64,000 nucleotides of DNA, from the NCBI GenBank assembly GCA_021797795.1, contig JAJZZB010000004.1:6791-70790 (forward strand), in the 5' to 3' direction. The notes below the pieces were generated by a model. The model was given only the letters and a program-made list of their open reading frames with translations, searched no databases and was not told where the DNA came from. Positions 18,868 to 25,240 of this stretch are shown piece by piece. The position numbers were made by a program, and so were the translations under genes. How positions within the stretch are numbered: position 1 is the stretch's first letter; each line of letters opens with the position of its first letter. This DNA comes from Actinomycetes bacterium (lineage in GTDB: Bacteria; Actinomycetota; Acidimicrobiia; Acidimicrobiales; Bog-793).

Positions 18868-19221
18868 TCAGGCGCGGCGGAAGCCGAGTGCAGCGGCTGC
18901 GTCCAGCTTCAACATCGACGGGTCCCACGGCGGATCCCACACCACGGTCACCCTCACCTGCCCCGCATCGCCGAGCGCCGCCTCGACGGCCGCCCGGGCC
19001 ATGACGGGAAGGCTCTCCGCTGCGGGGCAGCCGGGGGTGGTGAGCGTCATCTCGACCGCCAGCACCCCGTCCTCCTCGGCGACGGAGTACACGAGGCCGA
19101 GCGAGACCACGTCGAGACAGAGCTCGGGGTCGTAGACCGTCGAGAGCGCCTCGAGGGCACGCTCGACCCGTGCGGTCGTCCCCGCTCCCGGTCCGCCCGC
19201 ACCCTCGACATCGGCGTTCAC
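18868..19221 (-). CDS. DUF59 / SufT-like metal-sulfur cluster assembly factor family protein
   Basis: Typical DUF59 (MIP18-like) strings: VYDPELCLDVVSLGLVY .. MTLTTPGCPAAESL .. VVWDPPWDPSM. The GTG start overlaps the upstream stop (GTGA). Confidence 0.8.
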   Translation of the reverse strand: MNADVEGAGGPGAGTTARVERALEALSTVYDPELCLDVVSLGLVYSVAEEDGVLAVEMTLTTPGCPAAESLPVMARAAVEAALGDAGQVRVTVVWDPPWDPSMLKLDAAAALGFRRA

Positions 19222-19445
19222 GCCGGCCTCCTGAAGGTCACCTTCCAGTCGCCGCCGCCGAGCGACTCGGCGTCGTAGGCGAACCCCTCCGAGGACAACA
19301 CACCCTCGAGCGGCACCGGCTCGAAGGGAGCGAGCACGACGAGATCCTCACCCTCGGAGAGGGCGGCGACCGCCGACATGATCGTGGCGAACGGCTCCTC
19401 GCCCGCCGCCAGGATCGAACGCGCATCGACGATGGCCATGATCAC
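19218..19445 (-). CDS. DUF2249 domain protein
   Basis: 75 aa: IVDARSILAAGEEPFATIMSAVAALSEGEDLVVLAPFEPVPL. This single-domain DUF2249 pattern is repeated in the C-terminus of the 20457-21413 product. SD ggagagaggag lies upstream. Confidence 0.7.
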   Translation of the reverse strand: MIMAIVDARSILAAGEEPFATIMSAVAALSEGEDLVVLAPFEPVPLEGVLSSEGFAYDAESLGGGDWKVTFRRPA

Positions 19446-19477
19446 TCCTCTCTCCCGGGTGCATCGGGAACATTTTT

Positions 19478-19493
19478 TCTAGTCTTAACTAGA
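19478..19493. promoter_or_regulatory. operator site A: tctagtcttaactaga (perfect TCTAGT-N4-ACTAGA)
   Basis: Perfect 6+4+6 palindrome in an AT-rich island, 33 nt upstream of the DUF2249 start (19445, minus strand). Confidence 0.65.
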
Positions 19494-19549
19494 TCTTACT
19501 CGACACTGGGGAGGATGCAAGGGTCGAAGCGGGCCTGGTGAGGCGTTGT

Positions 19550-19565
19550 TCTGGTATAGACTAGA
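19550..19565. promoter_or_regulatory. operator site B: tctggtatagactaga
   Basis: One mismatch to the palindrome. It ends 5 nt before the ATG (19571) of the ArsR-type regulator and contains TAGACT (a TANNNT -10-like hexamer). Confidence 0.6.
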
Positions 19566-19570
19566 TATTC

Positions 19571-20254
19571 ATGGAGACGGCCACGCCGCCCGACGACGAG
19601 CTCCAGCGCGAGGCCCGCGCCCTCGGGGACCCCACCCGGCACCGCCTCTTCCGCTACATCGCGGACGCCCCACAACCCGTCGGCGTGGCGGAGCTCACCG
19701 AGTTCGCCGGGCTCAACCACAATGCCGTGCGCCAGCACCTCGCCATCTTGAGACAAGCCGGGCTCGTCATCGAGGAGACCGAGGCACGCTCTCGTCCGGG
19801 GCGGCCCCGGTTGCTCTACCGCCTGAACCCGGATGGCTCCGGTCGATGGGGGACCGACAGCCCGTACGCGTGGCTGGCACGGCTCTTGAGCGAGGCGGTC
19901 CGCCGCCGGCAGCCGCCACGGGTGGTCGGGCGCCGGGAAGGCCAGAGAGAGGCTGCCCGTGTCGCCGGCACCGCTGATCCCGTCGACCTGCTCGAGAGCG
20001 AGATCACCCAGCGGGGCTTTCGGCCCTCGCGCTCGGAGAAGGGGCAGCGGATCGACTTCCTCCTCGGCCGCTGCCCGTTCGCAGACGTGGCGGAGACCGA
20101 CCCGGCCACGGTGTGCCAACTCCACCTCGGACTCGCCGAGGGCCTCGCCGGGGCGCTCGGCGGCCTCGAAGTGGAGCGGCTCGTCCCGAAGAACCCGCGC
20201 CGGGCTGGATGCCGGCTGAGCCTCCGCCGAGACGCCGGGGCACCTACGAGCTGA
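19571..20254 (+). CDS. ArsR/SmtB-like winged-helix transcriptional regulator with Cys-containing C-terminal domain
   Basis: N-terminal ALGDPTRHRLFRYI .. VAELTEFAGLNHNAVRQHLAILRQAGLV. The C-terminal region has LGRCPFADV .. VCQLHLGLAEGL. Confidence 0.8.
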   Translation: METATPPDDELQREARALGDPTRHRLFRYIADAPQPVGVAELTEFAGLNHNAVRQHLAILRQAGLVIEETEARSRPGRPRLLYRLNPDGSGRWGTDSPYAWLARLLSEAVRRRQPPRVVGRREGQREAARVAGTADPVDLLESEITQRGFRPSRSEKGQRIDFLLGRCPFADVAETDPATVCQLHLGLAEGLAGALGGLEVERLVPKNPRRAGCRLSLRRDAGAPTS

Positions 20255-20384
20255 GCGGCGATCCGGCGCACGCGCCGGTCGCGCCGGTCCGGTTGTCGGG
20301 TCCCGGGCCTTCCACACGCGACCGGACCGAGCGGCGGGGCCTGGGGACCCGGAGACGCCACACACCGCGCGCTCGCGGAAAGCA

Positions 20385-20413
20385 GGCGGCCCGTGCACGG
20401 GTCGCCCTTTTTT
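20385..20413 (+). terminator. intrinsic terminator after the regulator gene
   Basis: Stem ggcggcccg / cgggtcgcc (9 bp with one G-U), loop tgca, followed by a run of six T (20408-20413). This is the only classical hairpin-plus-T-run seen in the window. Confidence 0.6.
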
Positions 20414-20428
20414 CTAGTATCTGTTAGA
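20413..20428. promoter_or_regulatory. operator site C: tctagtatctgttaga
   Basis: The left half is perfect and the right half is GTTAGA. It lies 29 nt upstream of ATG 20457. It shares the 11-mer ttttttctagt with site A. Confidence 0.55.
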
Positions 20429-20456
20429 TTTACACGGCAACAGACGAGGAGGAGAG

Positions 20457-21413
20457 ATGACCGTCACCGACACCGAGGCCTTCGAGGCCATGGTGAGACA
20501 CCACCGCCAACTGCTCGAGGACGTCGCCGGGGCGGTGACCGGCCTCGGACGCGCCGTGGCCGAAGGCAGCTCCTACGAGCGGTCCGCTGCGGAGCTCGTG
20601 GCCGTCATCGCCGGGGAGGTGCTGCCGCACGCCCTTGCCGAGGAGGAGTCGATCTACACCGCCGCCTCGGGACTCGCCGAGCTCGCTCCGCTCGTGAGAG
20701 AGATGTCCGGCGAGCACGCCGAGCTCGCCGCCATGACCGAGCGGATCGCCACCGCCTCTGACGGTCCGGCCGCCGCCGGCGAGGCCGCCGCCTTCCAGTC
20801 GCTGTTCGCCCGCCACGTCGACAAGGAGAACGAGCAGATCCTCCCGGCCCTGGCACGCGACCCAGGAGTCTCGCTCGCCGGTCTTCTCGAGCAGATGCAC
20901 AGCCGCCTCGTCGCCTCGGGCGCCGACGACCGCACCGGCGAAGGGCCCGGGCTGGAGGATCGCCTCGTCGAGCTTCTCCTCGCCGCCGCCGACGAGCTCG
21001 TCGGCTCGGGAGAGGGTGATCGGGGCTGCCGCCTGGCGGCGTCCACGTGGGCAGCGCTGCGGACGGCTCGCCCCGACCTCGCCCAGAAGGTCACCGCCGC
21101 CCTCCACCGCCTCGCACGCGCCGTCCCCAGCGCGCCCGTCTCGCTGCAGGCGCGCCACGGCGAGCTTCCGGTCATGCCGGTGCTCGACGTACGAGAGCTC
21201 GCCCCTGCGCGGCGCCACGAGGCGATCTTCGGCGCCTTCGACGCGCTCGCACCACAGGGCCGCTTCGTGCTCGTGAACGACCACGACCCGAAGCCGCTCC
21301 GCTACCAGTTCGAGGCCGAGCATCCCGGCGAGTTCAGCTGGGAGTACCTGGAACGAGGGCCGCGCACCTGGCGGGTGCGGATCGGGCGCGAGTCCGCCGT
21401 CCACGCAGGCTGA
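20457..21413 (+). CDS. hemerythrin (HHE cation-binding) domain - DUF2249 fusion protein
   Basis: SD aggaggagag is 1 nt before the ATG. Hemerythrin-like His/Glu motifs: MVRHHRQLLE, LPHALAEEE, FARHVDKENEQILP. C-terminal DUF2249: VLDVRELAPARRHEAIFGAFDAL .. FVLVNDHDPKPL. Confidence 0.75.
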   Translation: MTVTDTEAFEAMVRHHRQLLEDVAGAVTGLGRAVAEGSSYERSAAELVAVIAGEVLPHALAEEESIYTAASGLAELAPLVREMSGEHAELAAMTERIATASDGPAAAGEAAAFQSLFARHVDKENEQILPALARDPGVSLAGLLEQMHSRLVASGADDRTGEGPGLEDRLVELLLAAADELVGSGEGDRGCRLAASTWAALRTARPDLAQKVTAALHRLARAVPSAPVSLQARHGELPVMPVLDVRELAPARRHEAIFGAFDALAPQGRFVLVNDHDPKPLRYQFEAEHPGEFSWEYLERGPRTWRVRIGRESAVHAG

Positions 21414-22860
21414 CACCGCTGCGGGCGGGGTCCCCGACGGTGGGATCCCCGCCCGTGCACCGCGTGGATCCGCTCCCGCCCTCGCCGGCGAGCTCGGGTG
21501 ATGGGAGCCGGCGCGGCTTCAGCATCAACAGCGGCGTGAGGGAGAGGTTCACCGCGGTGACGAGGCCGGTCACGGCGAGCAGCGCGCCGGCGGCCACGGT
21601 CGCTGCCGGGAGCCGTCCGGCCAGTCCGGCGCAGAGCGCGGCGACGGCGGTGGTGACGGTCAGGTGGGAGAGCCCGGCCGCCCGGCGGGAGTAGAGGTCG
21701 GCGAAGGCGAGCGGGCGCCCCGAGGGCCCTGTCGTGACGCCCCGGGAGCGAAGAGCCGTCCAGACGACGAAGGGCACGACCTTGTGAGCGTGGCCGACGA
21801 GAGCTTCGAGCAGCCAGCCGGCGAAGGCGGCGACAGAGGCCGCCACGAGCGCCACGCCCTCTCTCTCGTCGCCCGGCAGGACGAACGCGCCCGCCAGCGC
21901 GAAGCCAGCGCCGACGGGGAGCCATGCGGCCGAGGTCAGGACGTAGGCGAGATGCAGGTCGGCACGCCGGCGTCGGTGGGCGACGTAGGTGGCGAGCGAG
22001 ACGAGGTGGGCCACGAGGCCGACACCGGCGAGGGCGGCGCCGGCTGCGGCGAGCGGGACGATCCCGAGCAGCACCCCCGGCGCGGCGAGCGCCACCCCCG
22101 CCGGGAGGGCGAGAACCGCGACCGATCCCGCCCGGTGCCGGCCGGGGAGGTGGGCGAGGAAGAACATCGGCCACAGCTTCTCGGCGACGGCGACGTAGCT
22201 GAGGCCGAGCCACCAGAACAGGCCCACGAGCGCGTGAGCGAGGACGACGTGCCCGGACAGCTCGAACCAGCGCCCACTCCGGTCGACCAGGAAGACGAGG
22301 CCGAAGCCACCGGTGAGGGCCAGTCCGACAAGGGCGAGTCGCAGGCCCACGACCTCCATGCCCTTGCCCCGAACCGAGAGCGGCGCCGAGAGGTTGGCGA
22401 GGATGACGGCGAACGCCACTCCTGCGAGGCCTCCACCGGCTCCGATGAGCCACTCGTGACCGAGTGCGAAGCCGAGGGGCAGGGACCAGGACGCCGCCGT
22501 CCAGGAGGCGAAGGTCATCCAGGCGAGACGGATCGAGCGCAGCGGGCGGCCGGTGACCACCGGCACGAACTGGTGCATGGCGCCGAGCACGCCCGTCGAG
22601 AGCGTCGCCAGCAGGCCGAAGTGGGCGGCGGCCACGACCGGATCGGCGGTCGGGTCCCCGGCGGCGGCGGTGCCTGCGAGCGCCAGGGTCACCCCGCAGG
22701 CGGCCAACCCGAGCGCGGCGGCCGCGAAGAACGCCAGCGGGACCGACGGCGGGGGGACCGCGCCGGGCACGCCGGCGGGGCGCCCCTGCCAGCTCCCCGA
22801 TCCCTGCGTCCCACTCGCCTGCGGGCTGGTGTCGCTCATCGGCCACTCCTCCTCGCTCAT
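21334..22860 (-). CDS. polytopic membrane protein with conserved-looking His motifs (heme-copper-oxidase-subunit-I/NnrS-like, unassigned)
   Basis: 508 aa with about 12 or more hydrophobic spans. His motifs: AAHFGLL..GAMHQFVPV, GHVVLAHALVGLFWW, FFLAH, VGHAHKVVPF. It overlaps the 3' end of the convergent gene by 80 nt. Confidence 0.7.
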   Translation of the reverse strand: MSEEEWPMSDTSPQASGTQGSGSWQGRPAGVPGAVPPPSVPLAFFAAAALGLAACGVTLALAGTAAAGDPTADPVVAAAHFGLLATLSTGVLGAMHQFVPVVTGRPLRSIRLAWMTFASWTAASWSLPLGFALGHEWLIGAGGGLAGVAFAVILANLSAPLSVRGKGMEVVGLRLALVGLALTGGFGLVFLVDRSGRWFELSGHVVLAHALVGLFWWLGLSYVAVAEKLWPMFFLAHLPGRHRAGSVAVLALPAGVALAAPGVLLGIVPLAAAGAALAGVGLVAHLVSLATYVAHRRRRADLHLAYVLTSAAWLPVGAGFALAGAFVLPGDEREGVALVAASVAAFAGWLLEALVGHAHKVVPFVVWTALRSRGVTTGPSGRPLAFADLYSRRAAGLSHLTVTTAVAALCAGLAGRLPAATVAAGALLAVTGLVTAVNLSLTPLLMLKPRRLPSPELAGEGGSGSTRCTGGDPTVGDPARSGVSLRGRRTRARSAPARCAALVPGTPS

Positions 22861-22866
22861 CGATAT

Positions 22867-22882
22867 TCTAGTCTAGGCTAGA
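22867..22882. promoter_or_regulatory. operator site D: tctagtctaggctaga
   Basis: One mismatch. It starts 7 nt upstream of the membrane-protein ATG (22860, minus strand). On that strand it reads TCTAGCCTAGACTAGA, with TAGACT 9 nt before the ATG. Confidence 0.6.
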
Positions 22883-22988
22883 TAAACAATGTGGTCCGGC
22901 TCCCTCGGGCCTCGCGCGGACCCGGGGAGTCGACGACCCACAGGGGTGCCCGCGGCGGACGCCTCCCCCGGTCGTCCCGGCCGAGCGC

Positions 22989-25169
22989 TCACCTGCCGAG
23001 TGCCCCACGGCCCGGAGCGTCCCGCCCCGGGCCGCGACGCTCGAGACCCGTGCTCCTCGACGCTTCTTCTCGCCCGCCGGCGATGCGCTCCGCCCGGAGC
23101 ACCAGCGGGGGTGCGCCCGCGTCGCCAAGGTGGTGGCCGGAGAACCAGGTCCGCTCCGCACGATCCCGCCAGGCTGCACGACCGCTCGGATCGACAGGAG
23201 GGCGGCCGAGGGCGGCGGCGAGAGACGGCGGCCGGACCGCCTCGAGAAGTCGCCCGAGGGTCGCGCCGGTGGGAGCAACGAGGACATGGGTGCGCTCGAC
23301 CCGTTCGAGCATGGCGGGCGAGACCTCCAACGGGGCGACGCCACCCACCACGACGAGCTGACGGACGCCGTCCCGCCCGCTTCCGGCCAGCTCCGAGCCG
23401 ACCCGCCGGGCGTCGACGACAGGGCACCTCGCCGCCAGGGCGGCCGCCAGAGCGCGATCGGCCACGGCGACGACCGACGGCCTGTCCGCCCCGGTCCCCG
23501 CCAGCTCGAGGACCTCCTCGCAGGCAGACGAGGCGTCTGCCACGAGACGGACCTCCACCCGGTCGCCAAGCTGTGTCCGCCCGGCGGTCGCCCGAGCCGG
23601 CCGTCCCGACCCCGGTTCGAGCGGCCTGGCCTGCTCGAGCACGCGCTCGAACAGGAGAGAGCACTCGAGCGAGCTGCGGCCGGCAAGCAGGACCGCCGAC
23701 GCGCCGGTGGCGGCACAGGCGCCGAGGGCCGAGGCGACCTCGTCGTGGAGCATCCTCCCGGCATCTGCCAGCACAAGTCGATCTCCGGTCACAAGCGACC
23801 CGGCCAGCTCGGAGACCCTCGCCACCGGGAACGTCTCGATGCCGGTGGCCGACTCGAATCCCCTGGCGGCCCGGCCCCCGGGGGCGAGCGCCACGACCCG
23901 CCCTGCCCCGCCGGCGAGGCGGGCGGCGGCATCGAGCGCCCCGAGACGCTGCCGTGGCCCGTAGCAGAGGAGCTCGGCGCCGGTCAGGCGCAGCTGCTCC
24001 GCGAATTGGGCGGCGGCGGCCCGGGCGGAGCGGAGGTGGGCTGGCGTGGTGAACCGCTCACCGACCTTGGCCACCGCCGCACTGGCGAGCACCTTGTCGA
24101 CGTCGCCCGCGATCTGCTCGATGGGGGCGCCCCCACGGAGGCTCGAGGCGCGGGCGACGAGGAGCGCGTCCCGGTCGAAGGTGCCATCGACCCACCCGGC
24201 TCCGGTGAGCCATGAGAGGTCCCCCCGCGGGATCCGGCCGTCGGCGCCACCGTGTCCTTCGGCGCGCCCTCCGGCAGCCTCGGCGACCCGGCTGGCCGAC
24301 AGCCCGAGCCGGTGGCCGCGTTCCAGCCATTCCTGGCGCAGCGCGTCGTAGGGTCGGGAGCGGTCCTTTGGTGGGCGGAGCGCTTCGGCGACCACCGTGT
24401 GGGCGGCGGGGCCGCGCAGGCCCTCCGCCCGGAGCGCCGCCTCGATGATCCGGCTCTGGCGCGAGAACTCCCGCACCGCAGCCCTCGAGACACCCACCAC
24501 CTCGGCGTAGTCGCGGCGCACGGGACCGAACGCCACCCCACCTCGTGAGAGCTCCCAGCGCAGCTGTGCCTCGAACAGCGCCCGCAGCGGGCGCTGGGCG
24601 CGGTAGATCCTGCGGCCGTCGAGGGCACCCCACTGCCCGTCTGCCGCCTGCGCCAGGTTGGCGATCAGCACGTGGGCGTGAAGGTGCGGGTCGTTCGCCC
24701 TGCTCGTGCGATGGGGGAAGCAGGCCGCCACGACACCGTCGAGCGCGAGCGTCGAGACGACGCCAGCGCGGCGACGGCGCGTCCTCGCGATCTGCTCCTC
24801 GAGGTAGCCGATCGTGGCCTCGACGGCGGCCCGGTGGGCACTCTCGACACGTCGCGAGACCGCCGGATCTCCGAGCCCGCACAGCAGGCTGACCGACTTC
24901 GGAGCCGACAGGACGACATCGAAGCCAGCGACGGCACCGGTGCGGGCCGCCTGCCGGCGGAGGCGCTCACCGGTGCTCGGATGGCGACCGGTGCACACCG
25001 CCCGCACCTCGGAGGGGACCGGGGTGGCGATCAGCCCGAGCGCTTCGCAGCCTCGGCCGAGCCAGTACGGGTCCGGCTCGACGAGCCCTTCGGGCCGGTC
25101 GGTCGTCGAGCGGACGGTGCCGAAGTAATAGCGCTCGGCACCCTGGCGGACCTTGGCGATGCGCAGCAT
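22989..25169 (-). CDS. MobF-family (TrwC/TraA-like) relaxase with degenerate helicase-like C-terminal half
   Basis: MLRIAKVRQGAERYYF is motif I with a Tyr pair. FDVVLSAPKSVS is present. HRTSRANDPHLHAHVLIANL is the His-triad motif III. ATG 25169 is preferred over the track start 25202. Confidence 0.8.
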   Translation of the reverse strand: MLRIAKVRQGAERYYFGTVRSTTDRPEGLVEPDPYWLGRGCEALGLIATPVPSEVRAVCTGRHPSTGERLRRQAARTGAVAGFDVVLSAPKSVSLLCGLGDPAVSRRVESAHRAAVEATIGYLEEQIARTRRRRAGVVSTLALDGVVAACFPHRTSRANDPHLHAHVLIANLAQAADGQWGALDGRRIYRAQRPLRALFEAQLRWELSRGGVAFGPVRRDYAEVVGVSRAAVREFSRQSRIIEAALRAEGLRGPAAHTVVAEALRPPKDRSRPYDALRQEWLERGHRLGLSASRVAEAAGGRAEGHGGADGRIPRGDLSWLTGAGWVDGTFDRDALLVARASSLRGGAPIEQIAGDVDKVLASAAVAKVGERFTTPAHLRSARAAAAQFAEQLRLTGAELLCYGPRQRLGALDAAARLAGGAGRVVALAPGGRAARGFESATGIETFPVARVSELAGSLVTGDRLVLADAGRMLHDEVASALGACAATGASAVLLAGRSSLECSLLFERVLEQARPLEPGSGRPARATAGRTQLGDRVEVRLVADASSACEEVLELAGTGADRPSVVAVADRALAAALAARCPVVDARRVGSELAGSGRDGVRQLVVVGGVAPLEVSPAMLERVERTHVLVAPTGATLGRLLEAVRPPSLAAALGRPPVDPSGRAAWRDRAERTWFSGHHLGDAGAPPLVLRAERIAGGREEASRSTGLERRGPGRDAPGRGALGR

Positions 25170-25240
25170 GCCGAAGCGTCCCCGCACGGCCTCACGCTCC
25201 ACCTCTCCTCGCTCTCCCGGCCCGCCTACCGGGTGACGGC

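Larger units (their letters stand above)
16576..25169. mobile_element. possible remnant of a conjugative/mobilizable element (T4CP ... MobF relaxase) with cargo cluster
   Basis: Only two conjugation-type genes are present, at 16576-18012 and 22989-25169. No VirB4, integrase, att repeats or compositional shift are visible. The boundaries are not defined. Confidence 0.3.

Noticed and set aside
19456-19478. Small hairpin (tcccg/cggga) followed by a T6 run, resembling a plus-strand intrinsic terminator
   Set aside because: No plus-strand gene ends upstream of it. The T-run is part of the conserved flank (ttttttctagt) of operator site A, and the region is the 5' leader of the minus-strand DUF2249 operon.
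21302-22881. Alternative long ORFs (21302-22846 minus, 21664-22881 plus) overlapping the membrane-protein gene
   Set aside because: Only the 21334-22860 minus frame gives hydrophobic spans and sensible composition. The others are Arg/Gly/Pro-rich nonsense.
22889-24052. A plus-strand 387-aa ORF that starts just after operator site D, which could have been a fifth regulon member
   Set aside because: It is antisense to the relaxase gene and the translation is Arg/Pro-rich without motifs. Operator D is better explained by the minus-strand membrane-protein gene, whose ATG is 7 nt away.
16576-25240. Integrase, att direct repeats or a tRNA insertion site that would define a complete integrative element
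   Set aside because: None was recognised by eye in or around the interval. Defining boundaries needs whole-genome comparison, so only a low-confidence remnant call was made.
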